From NCBI GenBank assembly GCA_964016885.1, contig OZ024747.1:62000001-62064000 (forward strand): a stretch of DNA of 64,000 nt, read 5' to 3'. The DNA comes from Eledone cirrhosa. Its lineage: Eukaryota. Numbering within the stretch: the stretch's first letter is position 1; every line of letters starts with the position of its first letter. The notes beneath the pieces were generated by a model. It worked only from the letters and a program-made list of their open reading frames with translations, was not told where the DNA came from and did not search any database. The translations under genes and the position numbers were made by a program. This document shows, piece after piece, positions 1 through 15,296 of the stretch.

Positions 1-300
1 AAATACTAACAGAAAAGTGGTGGCATAAACATAGACCAGTAAAAAGTTTCAGAGAATGACAAAATGACAAGACTCTTGAATATGCCAATAGGACAATCCA
101 CACACACAGGGATATCAAAGCTAATCTGTTGGAAATTGTTGTCTAAAGAGACCTGCAGAAAAGAAAGTGTTTCTTAAGCATACAATAAAGATGAGATTAC
201 TGTATAATAATAATAATATTATCATTATTATTGGAACACTTCAAAAGGCATGCTTGCTGGGAACAACAAGAACCCTCCGATACGTCCTGAATATCTGAGG
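1..300 (+). mobile_element. R4/Dong-like LINE 3' fragments (restriction-like endonuclease region)
   Basis: Degenerate KWWHKHRP..SEND..IHTHRDIKAN..IVV..KCFL, and LQKACLLGTTRTLRYVLNI*. Confidence 0.7.
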
Positions 301-389
301 CTGCAGGTAGTGGCTTGATATTCATTTCCTAAACTTTCCAGTTAAATAACATCAATGACTGAGACTCAAAGAACAATAATAATAATAAT

Positions 390-1105
390 AATGGTTTCTG
401 ATTTAGGCACAAGGCCAACAATTTTAGGGGAGGGAAAAGTTGAATAAATCAACCCCAGTGAGTTACTGGTATTTTATTTTATTGACCCCCATAAGGATGA
501 AAGACAAAGCTAATCCAAGCAAGATTTCAACTCAGAATGTAAAGGGCCGTAACTGTGCTGCAAAGCATGGTGTCTGACGCTCTACCGATTCTGCCACTCC
601 ACTGCCTTAATAATAATAATAATAATAATGGTGATTTCTACAATAGGCACAAGGCCAACAATTTTAGGGGAGGCGAAAGGCGATTAAATCGACCCCAATG
701 AATTATTGGTGTAAAGATGAAAGGCAAAGCTAACCTCAATGGGATTTGAACTCAGAACATAAATAAGAGGAACAAGTTCCTCAGAGCATTTTACCCAAAG
801 CTCAAACATTCTGCCAATTCACCACTTATAATAATAATAATTGTTTCTACTTTTGGCACAAGGCCAGCAATTACCCAGTGTATTACTGGTACTTTATTTT
901 ATCAACCCCATAAGGATGAAAGGCAAAGTTAACCTCGATAATAATAATAATGTAGGCACAAGGTCAACAATTTTAGTGGGGAGGGAAAGTCAATTTCATT
1001 AACCCAGTATCTGACTGTTTTTTTTATTTTATTGAGCCCAGATTAATGAAGGGCAAAGTTGACCTCAGCGCTATTTGAACTCACAATGTAAAGAGACATA
1101 ACTAA
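390..1105 (-). mobile_element. Head-to-tail cluster of four tRNA-derived SINEs (octopus OK-like)
   Basis: A box tggcagaatcgg, B box gagttcaaatcc, body gcctttcatcctt..ggggtc.ataaaataaa.taccag, (ATT)n tails. Confidence 0.85.
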
Positions 1106-2599
1106 AGGCTAATAATAATTTATCATGAATTGTAACATTGTGCCAGAAAGATCAAAGGGAAGTTGTTTAAGAAGACAAAAGATTAAACATAAAGACATTG
1201 CTTAGTCAGCTTCATAAAGTCTCGGGATAGTTGTTGTTGTCATTGTTGTTGCTGTTGCTGCTGCTGTTATTGCTGTTGTTGTCATTGTCAGTGTTGTTCG
1301 TGGTGGTGGTGGTGGTGGTGGTGTTTTTAACCAAAGTGTGTCACATAGTTTGGAATCTGACATTTACCAGATACAATAACGATTTAATTGAGAACGTGCA
1401 TATGCTTAAGTATGCAAGCCTGCAAGTGTGTGTGAGGGTATATGTTTGAATTTGTATGCATGTATGTGTATGTGTGTAGGGTACATGTATTAAAACCATA
1501 ACTGTGCTCCTGTTTTATCTGCTTTTCCATTAAGGACTTTACATATTTCCCTTCTAATTCTTTATATTTATAAAGTTTGTAGCTTCATCAATATATCCCC
1601 AAACTTTCCCAATCTTATCTTCTCAATATAGTTATTAATAGTGCTTATTAATATAATTTATTTTTATCAGCCCTAGAAAAAAGGCAAAGTTAATCTCAGA
1701 AAGATTTTGATAGCATAAAGAGCCACAACAAATAGAGCAAGGCATTTTTATTTAGTGTATCAGACAAAATACTGTGTGATGTTGATCTAGCTCTTTACAT
1801 TCTGAATTCAAATCCCACCAATGTCAACTTTGACCCAGCTCTCTCCATTCTGAGTTCAAATCCTACCAATGTCAACTTTGATCCAACTCTTTACATTCTG
1901 AGTTCAAATTCCACTAACGTCAACTTTACCTTTCATCTTTCTGGAGTTGAAAACATATACTGGGATAAACATGACTTACCTCTACTCCCAAATTACTGGC
2001 CATGTGCCTAAATTAGAAACCATTATTGTTAGAACAATAAAGTCCCTAGCTTCATCAACATATCCCAAAATTTTCTCAGTCTTCTCAATATAGTCTTTGT
2101 TATTGCTGTTTTTCTTTTCTATTTTTTTAGGGGGGAGGGGGGGTAACTACACATAGTATTCCACCATTTGGAAGTCATTAACTCTTAACATCCTGTATGA
2201 CTGCATCATATAGTAAATATTAAAGTCTTTAATGCTGTAAATTTTAACAACAATCTCTCCACTGAACTAACAATCAACATGAAACCACATAAACAAGACA
2301 TCTTTGATGATATTACATCAACACATTAAAGTCTTTACTTTAATACATTAAATTTTCCCAATAATCTGTCCACTAATGAAGATGCTATAAAAATTAACAA
2401 ACAACATGAAACCATATTAGTAGAAAAGAGAGATACACAATCTTGACAAAGGGCAATAACTCAGAAACAATATCATTGTCGATTGTTTCTCTCTGTCCCC
2501 GCTAAAAACACATCGATTAAACTATTTCTTGTTCAGCTGACTAGTGTTACTATGAGGATGATGGTGATAACAGATATTTCCAGCTTACAATGATCATAT

Positions 2600-2835
2600 T
2601 TAGAAAAGAAAATAGAAGTGTGCAGGAAATGTGGCACAAACAAATGACACCAGATGGCCTAAACTACATAGAGAATAGAGACAATGGATGACAGGTTCAC
2701 ATAGTCAAAGAAAACAGGATGAGATGCAGATATGATATTGTTAAGTTTATGAGTATTACATGGATAAGAGGGAGACAGAGCAGGAACAATTGGCACTGAT
2801 TTGAGAGAGGCCTTCATTTTGCAGTGGATCTATAA
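2600..2835 (+). mobile_element. Old RTE-clade LINE 3' end
   Basis: Degenerate K*KCAGNVAQTNDTRW...LREAFILQW. Confidence 0.55.
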
Positions 2836-3122
2836 TACATTATGGATACATTAAAGCTCCAACGTCTGGCAACTGACTTGGTAGACACCTACAAGATTAT
2901 TAATTAACCTTCTTTCCAACAACTGTGAGCACCTTTTTGAATTCTATATGTCTAACACCTGTGGACATACTTACAAAACCAGAAAACAGTACAGCCCCCA
3001 TGACCTTCTGAAGCATGGAACAAAGTACTTGCATCAGTTGTTAGCTCTCGGGGCACTGCATCCTTCAAAACTTCCATGCTTCCCGAAATTCGCTAACACT
3101 ACACCTGATATTCTTCCTCTCT

Positions 3123-4117
<995 letters not shown>

Positions 4118-4264
4118 AGTCTGAGTGCGTATATCATGATTTATACACTGTTCACTTTCCAGACTATACATAGAATAATGTATAGTACATTATTCTATGT
4201 ACTATACATGCACATTTGATGAGTTGTAGTGCACCTGAGCAATGTACAAAATAATTTTCATTAT

Positions 4265-5890
4265 TATGATGATGTTGTTAAGCAATGACCCTAAAATAAA
4301 ATCCTAAAGGTCACACACAGAAACTTTTCCAACAAGACAGTTTTTTCTTCAAGTTTTTATCATACAAGAGAGTAAACTATCTGTAAATTGTCTTCAAATT
4401 TTATCAATCATACCATAATTTCCTTTATATATTGGTGTTAGTCTGGGAGGTAAAAATCTGCCTGGGGGTTAAGGTGAAGGAGTGGGGGAGTACAGAGAAA
4501 CCTATTAAGGAAACTTATATAAAATGGATCAACAGCAATCATTGTTGAAAACTAGATTTTGTATTGAATTAAATTAGTGTTTCATTAAATATACTATTTT
4601 CTGTCTTATATATCTATCAGGAGCTGACAGGAGGTGAATTCAAGTGAATCTGAGATAAAGTAAGATTAAGTTTGATTCAGTGGACACAAATTTATAAGTA
4701 CAGCTCAGACTCAGATATAAACAAAGAAAGTATATAATGAAACCAGTCCAGAAATCTCTCACATATTATTATAATTTCTGAGAACTTCTAATAATAAACT
4801 GCTTTTCTCTTTTCTTTCTTAAGCAGTCAAAATTATTCAAATTCTAGATTCAACGACTTCTTCGCCCACTTATTCATGAGGGTCGTGGTGGCAGAATCCT
4901 CAAACACTCCTTCCAGAAATTCCAGTGTCCATCCCACACCTCCCAGGACAGGTTATAGGCTTATCGCTAATTTTTGCAGCATTAGAGACTACAATATATT
5001 TTTCAAACAGGCCCCTAATTCTAGACACTGATAAAAAATTTATGAATGACCCTGGTTGGGTCATTTATATAGCTTTACTGAAATAATTTTAAATATTTAG
5101 ATATTTATAGTATTAAGCAGTGCATATCTGGTTTGGAATGGGCGCATTATATCCTTGTGTGTCATAAGTGGCAAAAGAGCTGGCACCAGGAAGAGAATCC
5201 AGCTGTAAAGATTTACTTCAAAAGGGATTCAATAATGAGTATGAAGCCTGTTATGAGGCCTTTGAGGTTAACCCAAACTTTAGCAGGCTAACCCTTTTGA
5301 TACCAATCTGGCCAAACCTGGCTCTGGTTTGAAGAAACCAAACCATCTATTTTAAAGGGTTCTTAAATTAAAATCTCCCAGCATAATTTTGTACAAGAAA
5401 AAATTCTTCATTCATTAATTGATGACTAATTAAGGCATGAGGTCAATGTTGATTAAATCAACTCCAGTGCATTACTGGTACTTTATTTTATCAACTCCGG
5501 AAGAATGAAAAGCAAAGTTGACCCCAGCAGGATTTGAACTCAGAATGTAAAGAACTAGAACAAATATCTTAAGGGCATCTACCGATCCAATTAATTGATG
5601 ATGATGTTTAGCAGTGACCTAAAACAAAATTCTAAAGGTCACACACTGAAACCTTCCCAACAAGTTTTTATCATACAAGAGAGTAAACTATCTGTAAATT
5701 ATCTTCAAATTTTATCAATCATACCATAATTTCCTTTATATATTGGTATTAGTCTGGGAGATAAAAATCTGCCTGAGGCTTGAGTTGGAGGAGTGGGGGA
5801 GTGCAGAGAAGCCTATTAAGGAAACATATAAAATAGATCAACAGCAGAAAATTAGATTTAATTGAAATACAGTATATTTCATTAAAAATA
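4265..5890 (+). repeat. Diverged direct duplication of about 300 bp (4265-4590 and 5597-5890)
   Basis: Both copies contain taaaggtcacacac...caagagagtaaactatctgtaaatt...gagtgggggagt.cagagaa. Confidence 0.85.
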
Positions 5891-6443
5891 TGGTAACGAA
5901 AGGGTTAGAATGTTTGTTATTGGATAAGATACAAGTCTATCATAGCGAACATTCCCAGATTAGATGGTACCTTACTCCCCTGAGGAACAAGGCAATGTAG
6001 TAATAGTATTATGTCCATTAACACAATACAATTTCTCCACCAGATTTTAACTCAGAGCCTTACAGACACAATTTAATTAATACCTCATCTATCATCATCA
6101 CCATCATCATCATTTTATGTCTAGATTTTTTTTTCTTTTTATATTTTTCATACTTACAAGAGTTAGACATGATGATGATAGCTTTTGCAAGGGTTTTTTT
6201 TCTGGCTGGACACCCTATCAACAACCACTATACAACATGGACTGGATACCCTTCCTATCATAAACACTTTACAGCATGAGCTGGGTACATTCTTTGTGCT
6301 ATGAGTACTAAAGAAATTGTCTTACTAGATACTATCCTATCAACAACCACCCACCTCAACACAACCACAGACAACCCAGTACCCTACCCAATAAAACCAA
6401 ACTACCCACCCCTACATAACCACAATCACATGACATATATACA

Positions 6444-6653
6444 CAGGGTGTTTCAAATTTTTTTTATATCATTTCAGATGTAAATATCCCAGAAACTACA
6501 AGGTCTAGGACAACGAGACTAAGGAGCCTCCATGTTGAGTAACACAAGATTTATTCCTCAAAACATGTCCACGTTATAACATTAATTCACAATATATATT
6601 TCAATGTAACAACCTTGGGAACAAGCCATTGATATCAAATTTTTTTAAACACC

Positions 6654-6656
<3 letters not shown>
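6444..6656. mobile_element. Tc1/mariner-like MITE
   Basis: TIRs cagggtgttt.aaa / ttt.aaacaccctg in a TA context. Confidence 0.65.
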
Positions 6657-6697
<41 letters not shown>

Positions 6698-8590
6698 CAG
6701 TCATGAAAAATATATTTCTGTTTGAAACTATTCTGCATTTAAACGAAAGATTTAACACTTCTTTTACGATATATTCAATAATGTAAGTTGAGTAAAAATG
6801 GTTTCCTTCTAATGCAGAATATAGTTTAATCTGTAAAGTGATGGTAATTAAGATTAGTATTGTTTTCTCTTTCTCTCTCTTCTGTCCCCCCTCTCTCTCT
6901 CTCTCTCTCAAAGACAGTGTTCGCTTTATTCCACACAGCAATTACCATTACAACAAAGAAAATTGGAAAGAAACTAATGTTTATTACAGAATCTCCAATA
7001 ATAATAAAACATTACACAGAAGCAGAAACAGTAACAGAATTATTACAGCAGATAAATAAATGACACAAAGTACATTTATTTCACAATTTATTGTTGTTAT
7101 TATCATTATTATTATAAGTGCAATTACTACCACTATAACTACTACTACTAGTAGTAGTAGTAGTTATAGTGCCACCACCACTACTATTACATCCACCACC
7201 ATGACCACTACTATTACGTCCACCACCACCACTACTACTACTATTACGTCCACTACTACACACCACCAACACTGCCACTACATTACTACCACCCCCACCA
7301 CTACTACTATTACGTCCACCACCACCACCACTACTATTACGTCCACCACTACCACCACCAACGCCACCACCACTACTATTACCACCACTATTACGTCCAC
7401 CACCACCACCACCACCACTACTATTACGTCCACCACTACCACCACTACCACTACCACCACCGCCACTCAAGTTATTTTTATTACTATTGATACTGTTGTT
7501 ACCATTGTTATATACGTTATTATGACAGGTTTTAGTGTTATTGTAATTGCTGTTACAATTATATTTGCAATAATTTCCATTGTGTATTCATCATCATCAT
7601 CATCATTTTATGTCTGTGTTCCCATGTTGTCATGGGTTAGGTGTGTTGTTACAGAACAAGTCAATACATAATCAGAGCTACAGTCTTCCCAGATAGGCCG
7701 AGGGGAAGGAGCCAATGTGCCATTTATATACATAAACTCTAGTATTATCTAGGTTCTTTGTCTCCCAAGAGCCAATAAAATAAAGTAACTGTCAAGTACT
7801 GGGGTCGTTATAATCGACTTTCAACTTACCCCTTTCCCCAGTATTGCTGGCCTTGTGCTTAAATTAGAACAAAATATTATTGGTTTTGTTGTAGATATTG
7901 CTGGTGGCAGTAAATGCTATAGTTTAGTGATAACTGTCGAAGTCCATCAAATAAATTTTCATTCCTTTAGATACCAATCTGGCCAAAATTTGCTCTGGTT
8001 CTATGAAATGGAACCACACATTTTAAATGTTTCCAATTTAAATTAAAATCTTCCAACATAATCTTTAATTTACCATCTTAGTAATGAAATAATTAATACT
8101 TTTAGTAAATCCCTCAAAATTCTTCAATAATCAATTAAAACAGAGTGCTTCATTAGAAATGCGGTCATGAAAGGGTTAAAATAAAATCCCAACAATCCAA
8201 ATTATGTAATATAATTGTTTCTACTATTGGCACAAGACCAGCAATTACCACAGTACATTACTGGTACTTTATTTTATCGACCCCATAAGGATGAAAGGCA
8301 AAGTGAACATCGGCGGGATTTGAACTCACACCATAAAGGGCCGTAACTCTATGCTCCAAAGCATGGTGTCCGACTCTACCGATACTGCCAATCCACCCCC
8401 CATTAAATTATGTAATATAATAAAAGATAATATAAGATTTCAGAAAGTAAAAGTTATTTTATAATTCCATGGAAAGACATTTACTGGTGTAACAATCAAC
8501 TTAATATACCAATAGATAAACAAAAGATAGTTATTTTACAAAACCTCATTCATATTCTTAATTATTTGGAAAATTAATTAAAGCAGTTGT

Positions 8591-8831
8591 TTAACCCTTT
8601 TTATGACCACATTTCTAATGAAATACATTCTATTTTAATTAATTAATGGATAATTGTGAGGGTTTACTAAAATCATCAATTATTTCATTACTAAGATAGT
8701 TAACTTAACATAAGGTTCTTCTATAAAATTATGTTGAAAGATTTTAATTTAAATTGGAAACATTTAAAATGAATGGTTTTATTTCATAGATCCAGAGCCA
8801 GTTTTGGCTGGGTTGGTAACTAAAGGGTTAG
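8591..8831. mobile_element. Second TTAA MITE family (related copies near 7965-8180, 31230-31308, 49500-49934, 56250-56440)
   Basis: ttaaccctt...aaagggtta termini and a shared internal ctggccaaa...ctctggttctatgaaa. Confidence 0.7.
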
Positions 8832-8964
8832 AAATAATATGGGTGAAAATTTTAATGTAATCTACCATGAATGAACAGACTTATAATCAAAGTCCTTCCA
8901 GTCATGACAATCATGTCCATTTTCCAAACATAATATATCTAGAATTACACAATGTAATGTGTCC

Positions 8965-9540
8965 ATCCCTTTTTAAGATGGACACATTACATGAAGAGAG
9001 GCGGTTGCGTTGGTATGGACATGTGATGTGTATGAAGGATGACAGCTGCATAAAAAGGTGCAGAGCACTAGAAGTCATTGGAAACCGCGGAGTGGGGAGA
9101 CCCAAGAAGACCTGGGATGAGGTGATAAAAGCCGACCTTACCCAATTACACCTCTCAAAGGCGATGACACACGACCGTGACCTCTGGTGTCACGCAGTAA
9201 TACAGAGTACCCGACCTCCATGGGTACAAGCTGAAGCATATAGACAATATGCCCCCACACCCTCCCACTGCAAAGTGGTTGTGGAGGTGCCGTGACAAAA
9301 AAGCACCCAGCCCACACTATAAAGTGGACGTGTAGGTGCCACGGGAAAAAAGCACCCAGCACTCACTGTAAATGAGGTTGGTGTTAGGAAGGGCATCCAG
9401 CTGTAGAAATCAAGCCAGAATCAGTTCCTGTATGAGCAAGGCATGGTCAGCCGACCAGACACTGCCCACAACAGGACAACCCATCTAACCCATGCTAGCA
9501 TGGAAGAACGGACGTAAAACGGTGATGATGATGATGATTT
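8965..9540 (+). mobile_element. RTE-clade LINE 3' end with (GAT)n tail
   Basis: RRLRWYGHVM...RGVGRPKKTWDEVIKADL...DRDLW, then a 3' UTR ending ggacgtaaaacggtgatgatgat. Confidence 0.9.
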
Positions 9541-10074
9541 CTACTTCACTCTCACCAACTTGGCTGTCATTTCCTCACTCCTCTCATTCAGTCACTTCCT
9601 TCTATCCTTCCTTCTTCAACATGTGACTGAACCATCTCATTCCATTTCTCTTCACAACATTCATCAAATAGATCTATTCCCATCATCCTCTGCAATCCAT
9701 TGTTTGTTTTCTCTCATCCATTGAACTATTCTCATTTTCATTCTTTCCAGCTTTCTCTGCTGCTCCACATTCATCATCCAAGTATATCTTCCATTAATCA
9801 TGGTGTTTCTCACACAGGCAAACACTAGCAGCATACAAATATAGTATGTAATGTATATAACATATACTATATCCAGTATGAAATTTTAAATATATACATA
9901 CATATATAAACTTTAAAAAATTAACAAAGAGAAGACAACACAATGAACGAAAACAAGGCAAAATAAAAAATTTTTTTAAGGGGAAACCTTAAAACATTTT
10001 TTAAAAATAAAAATACAAATGAAAGACTCAGAATTCCAGGGTCATCAGCCGTTGATATATATATATATATATTA

Positions 10075-10545
10075 ATAACAACTGGAAATGTTACCTAGAC
10101 GACTGCATCATCTTCTCGGATAGAAGCCAAGAAGCCTGCTAAGATTCCACTCCATTATAAACAGGCTTCACGAAGCAATAAAATTTACCATGGGATATAA
10201 TAAAAAGGAACTACCATTTCTGGATATCCTTATCATTAACCCATTTACATTACTCTATATATAGTATTATATTTTCATGGTAAAGACTTTACCTCGCATA
10301 ATTATCTCACATAATATCGAATCTATGAGATTTTGAAAGTATTTATTTTGAGAACAACACGAGTGGCCAATTACAGCCAGTTTCAACAGAAAGAGGTAGA
10401 GAATTCCGGCCGGTTTGAACATTAAAGGGTTAAAGAAGGGGAAAATATTAAAACAGACCTATTTTACAAACCAACAGACACACACCAATACTTGAATTTC
10501 CAATCACCCCACCCCTCACATACCAAAAGGAACATTCCCTTTAAT
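10075..10545 (+). mobile_element. Penelope-like element reverse transcriptase fragment (decayed)
   Basis: Translates WKCYLDDCIIF...IKFTMGYNKKELPFLDILII|KEGENIKTDLFYKPTDTHQYLNFQSPHPSHTKRNIPF, which are PLE RT C-terminal motifs. Interrupted by a TTAA MITE. Confidence 0.85.
10236..10433. mobile_element. TTAA-targeting (piggyBac-like) MITE
   Basis: TTAA-CCC...GGG-TTAA. Removing it with one TTAA restores the PLE frame. Confidence 0.85.
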
Positions 10546-11813
10546 ATACTAGATCTACAAAACCAAATTGTAAAATTATAATATAAAATTAAATTAAATT
10601 GTTTAGAATTACAAGTGAAATCGTTCTATTCCTTTTTTTAAAATATATATATACATCCATGGTGGCTGCCAACTCATTTTCGAGTACGGCCACTACTTTA
10701 TATCCATGTAGGAGAACCCCTACCGATGCGCTGAACGAGTGTGGCTTTTTAGTCCAGCCAGCGACTTGAAAACTCTGGTACAAACACTACACTTGTGACA
10801 ATTATTGACACATAGTGCTGGGCCCATGGTACCATGTGATGACAAGTGCAGAGAGAACTCCAGATATAAAGCAATGCCTGTGCCGTGAAGCTTTTATAGT
10901 GAGCAAAGGCACTGCACAAAGCCAGTCCCACTCTCTTAACCAAGATGATATTTACCAAAAAGAACACTGGCTCAAGGAACTTAGTCTTACAGTGAGGTGA
11001 ATTTCTTTGTAACCTTAAGAAATAGTGACTCTAATGAGCTGCTACTATAATTGAACACTGTGTATTTGGATGATATTATATTCACACCGGTGTAGCTTTA
11101 CTTACTAAAATAATCAAACATGACAGAAAAAAAGTAAAGTTTAGAAAATTGATTTTAAGTTGAAAAGACTTGGTATTTTTTGTTTTGTTCTTTGAAGAGA
11201 ATTTAAATTTGAAAAGACTGGATATTATGAGTTTGAATATTATGAATGCTGACTGTTAAACCAGGGGCTTCCTATGTTAGAATACTTGGGAATTAATGAA
11301 TATTGAAATGACACGAGTGAAACTTGATATTCATATCAAATTTTGAAAAATGTAAATATATTCAAGATATATATATTATATACAAGATGATTTTTATAAA
11401 TATTTATCACAAGTGCAAAAAATAAATGCTGAAATGAAATGAAAAGAAACAAATTCCTCAACTTTAATGCCTGCCTTAATAAACATGTGAATATTTCATC
11501 ACTTACATAAAAATAAAACATTTTATGTAACTGCTTCATTACCATATTTCTAAAGAAAAACACTGCTTTTAATTTTCAATTAATTTGAAAATAATTTGGA
11601 GGGATTTAGTCAAATAAATTTCTCATTAATAGATGTTTCCACAACAAACCTGCCAAAACAGAATTTGGTTCTATGATAAAAAACAAACCATTTTAAAGGA
11701 TTTCTGTTTAAACTAAAATCTTTCAGCATAATTATATATAAAAACCATATATTAAGTTACAATCTTAAAAATGAAATAATGATTTTAGTAAATCTTTCAA
11801 AATTCTTCATTAA

Positions 11814-12008
11814 TTAACCCATTAGCACTTAAACCAGCTGCATCCAGTCAGAATTCTTCCCCCTTTTTGAAACCGGCCATAACCAACAACTCACACCAAT
11901 GTTAAAATATAGTTCTTAAAATAAACAATATCATCAAAATCTCATAGACTCGAGATTATGTGAATATACAACAGTAAATATAGATTAATGTAAATGATAA
12001 AGGGTTAA
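11814..12008. mobile_element. TTAA MITE, same family as 10236-10433 and 13478-13686
   Basis: ttaaccc...aaagggttaa termini and shared internal sequence. Confidence 0.75.
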
Positions 12009-12016
12009 AATAGAAT

Positions 12017-12228
12017 TTAGTTTTTCGTTCTAACATAGCAGATACATAAATGGGTTTGTGAGTTTTATACTAAATAATAACATTTGATTCATTTGCAAGC
12101 AAACAGCCTCATTACACTATTTGTTTTAAAGGATGGTGACAGTCATCTAAAACATAGTGTAATGAGGCTGTTTGCTTGCAAACGAATCGAATATTATAAT
12201 TTTTCAATATAAAATTCACGAATGCATT
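12017..12228. mobile_element. Small fold-back insertion with a 12-bp target-site duplication
   Basis: Arms about 12049-12120 and 12154-12228, a 32-bp tail, and ttaaaatagaat at both 12005-12016 and 12227-12238. Confidence 0.75.
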
Positions 12229-12760
12229 AAAATAGAATGTATTTCATTAGAAATTCAAGAATGAAAGCGTTAAGTTGATGCTTGGAATATAACTTAAATG
12301 TTCTTACATAAAATTATGATAGAAGGGTTTTTAGATAAATATACACGTGTTAAAATAAACAGTTTTGTATTGTAGAAACATGGGCGAGTTCAGCTGGTTT
12401 GGTATCAAAATGATTTAAAAAATATACTATACAGCAATATGGCATTACTGTAAAAGTATATTTACTGACTTGTCTAGAAGAGGTAATAACTAAGAGTTTA
12501 TGTTTGAAGAAGCAACAGAATCTTACAATAGATATAATTGTTTTCAGTGAAAAGTGATTGCTTTAACTAAAATATTTGTTCTAACCAAATTCTACTTAGA
12601 AATATGGTAGAGAGGTGACTAAACAAAACTTCTAATCAATATTACTAGCCATGGCCATCCTATCTATATGCCATCAATTGGATTGCAGAGAATGTTCTGA
12701 TGGATTTCCCAGAAGTAACTGCGAGTAAATTTCATTGTCACAGTCCAGTTGTTGTTGTAG

Positions 12761-12794
<34 letters not shown>

Positions 12795-12796
<2 letters not shown>

Positions 12797-13460
12797 ATAA
12801 TAATTGTTTCTACTTTTGACACAAGGCCAGCAATTACCCAGTACATTACTTGTACTATTTACTACTACTACTATTAATAATTGTTTCTATTTTTGGCACA
12901 AGGCCAGCAATTACCCAGTACTTTATTTTATCGACCCCGTGAGGATGAAAGGCAAAGTTAACCTCGGCAGGATTTGAACTCAGATCATAAAGGGACGTAA
13001 ATAATGATTTCTAGTATAGGCACAAGGCCAGTAATTTGGGACGAGTCGATTAAATTGACCCCAGCACGTTACTGGTGCTTTATTTTATCTTTTATCGATC
13101 CCGTAAGGATGAAAAGCAAAGTTAACCTCGGCAGGACTTGAACTCAAATCATAAAGGGCCATAACTATGCTGCAAAACATGGCGTTTGACCCTCTGCCAA
13201 TACTACCAATAATAAATAAAGTACCAAAAATGCTTTCTTTATTAACCACAAGGGTTACCACTAATAATAATAATTGTTTCTACTTTAGGCACAAGGCCAG
13301 CAATTACCCAGTACATTACTGGTACTTTATTTTATCGACCCCGTAAGGATGAAAGGCAAAGTTAACCTCGGCGGGATTTGAACTCAGACTGTAAAGGAAC
13401 GTAACTATGCTAGAAAGCATGGCGTCCAACCCGCTACCGATACTGCCAATTCCCCAATAA
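12795..13460 (-). mobile_element. Cluster of OK-like SINEs
   Basis: Same consensus, separated by (AAT)n/(ACT)n. Confidence 0.85.
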
Positions 13461-13477
13461 TAATAATGGTCTCTAAT

Positions 13478-13686
13478 TTAACCCTTTAATATTTAAAATG
13501 GCTGTATCCAGCCAGAATTATCTCCCCTCTTTCTGTTCAAACCAGCTGTAACTGTAACTAATGTTAAGGTATTGTTCTCAAAATAAATAAAATCAAAATC
13601 TCATAGATTCAATATTATGTGAGGTAAAACCTTTAATGTGAAAACACAATAGTAAATATAGAGTAATGTAAATGCTAAGGGGTTAA
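13478..13686. mobile_element. TTAA MITE inserted in a SINE
   Basis: ttaacccttt...ggggttaa. Confidence 0.75.
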
Positions 13687-14229
13687 GCATAAAGCTTAGG
13701 GAGGGGGTTGATTAAATCGACCCCAGTATTTTATAAAGTTTGGAAGAAACTCCAGTTGTATCAAGGACATGACAACCTCCCTAGTGTTGGTGATCTACAT
13801 GATAAATACACCCAGTACATGCTGTAAAGTTGTTGGTGATAGTAAGGGTATTCAGCCATAGAATGTGTGCCAAAGGATCAGAAGGACCCTCTAATTGTGT
13901 CAAAGACATGACAACATCTCTGTGTTGGTGCCATGATAAAATTCACTTGGTATAACATGGAACTGTATGTAAGCAAGATATGAACACCCTGCCTGTCTGA
14001 GAGGTCAGCAGCCCCACTGCCAGTACTGAATTAGTCTATGAAGACTCGTCCAACACTTACTAACAGGGAAAGGGGACATTCAATGACCCCGAAGATGGCA
14101 ATGGTTCCAGAAGGATGAATAACAAAGAACTTCAGTGAGATTTGAACACAGAATGCAAAATGCCCAAAAAATAATGCCACAATTGACGATCATTTTGGTA
14201 CTACCTCCAGTAATGAATCACATACACTT

Positions 14230-14277
<48 letters not shown>

Positions 14278-14511
14278 GAGAGAGAGATGGGGGGGGGTAG
14301 TATTTTAGATAATGGTAATTTCGATAATAGCAATAAAGAAGATGACAAAAGAAAAAATTTTAAAGTTAAATTTCCTTTTTATATTCAAACTTATGAAGAA
14401 ATGTCTGAATATTTATGTCACAAATAGCACTGGGAATAACCAGTATTGGATATATTCACATACACACATGGATGTGCATATATGTGTGTGTATGGATGTG
14501 TGTGTGTAAAT

Positions 14512-14565
<54 letters not shown>

Positions 14566-15001
14566 ATAAGGTGTCCCAATAAATTATATACATATTTTTA
14601 TTAGAATGCTGTTCAAGTGTGTATACATTTTTGGGGAACACCCTGTCTATATATTTGTATATGCATGCATATAGAGCTGTATGTATATGTCTCTAACACG
14701 TATGCATTGCATGTACACATGCATTTATTCTGTATTATATTGGAATGTTATAAATTGTCTGGGTTGAGTATGTGAGAGTCTAATAATATATATATATATG
14801 TCTATGAGCAGCTAGGAGTAAAGGAATACTACAATGAAGATCTCAATACAACACTACCACTACTACTTGTACACTAATTTACATATTTATTCCTCACATT
14901 TTGCTATCCACAATATAAACACATAAATTACAATACCATTCCTCCAAATAAAATTTTGTTGGTTAGTTTCAAACCATGAATATACATATCTCTCCCTCTC
15001 T

Positions 15002-15041
<40 letters not shown>

Positions 15042-15062
15042 TATATATATATATATACACAT

Positions 15063-15108
<46 letters not shown>

Positions 15109-15255
15109 CACATTATATATATAAATATATATATATATACATATATATATACATATGTATATACACGTACACATTATATATATATATATCCATATATATA
15201 TAAACATACACATTATATATATAAATATATATATATATACACATACACATTATAT

Positions 15256-15296
<41 letters not shown>

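Noticed and set aside
7060-7671. Thr-rich mucin-like ORF with hydrophobic ends
   Set aside because: Built from (ACT/ACC)n and (ATT/GTT)n tracts like many others here. No splice or homology support.
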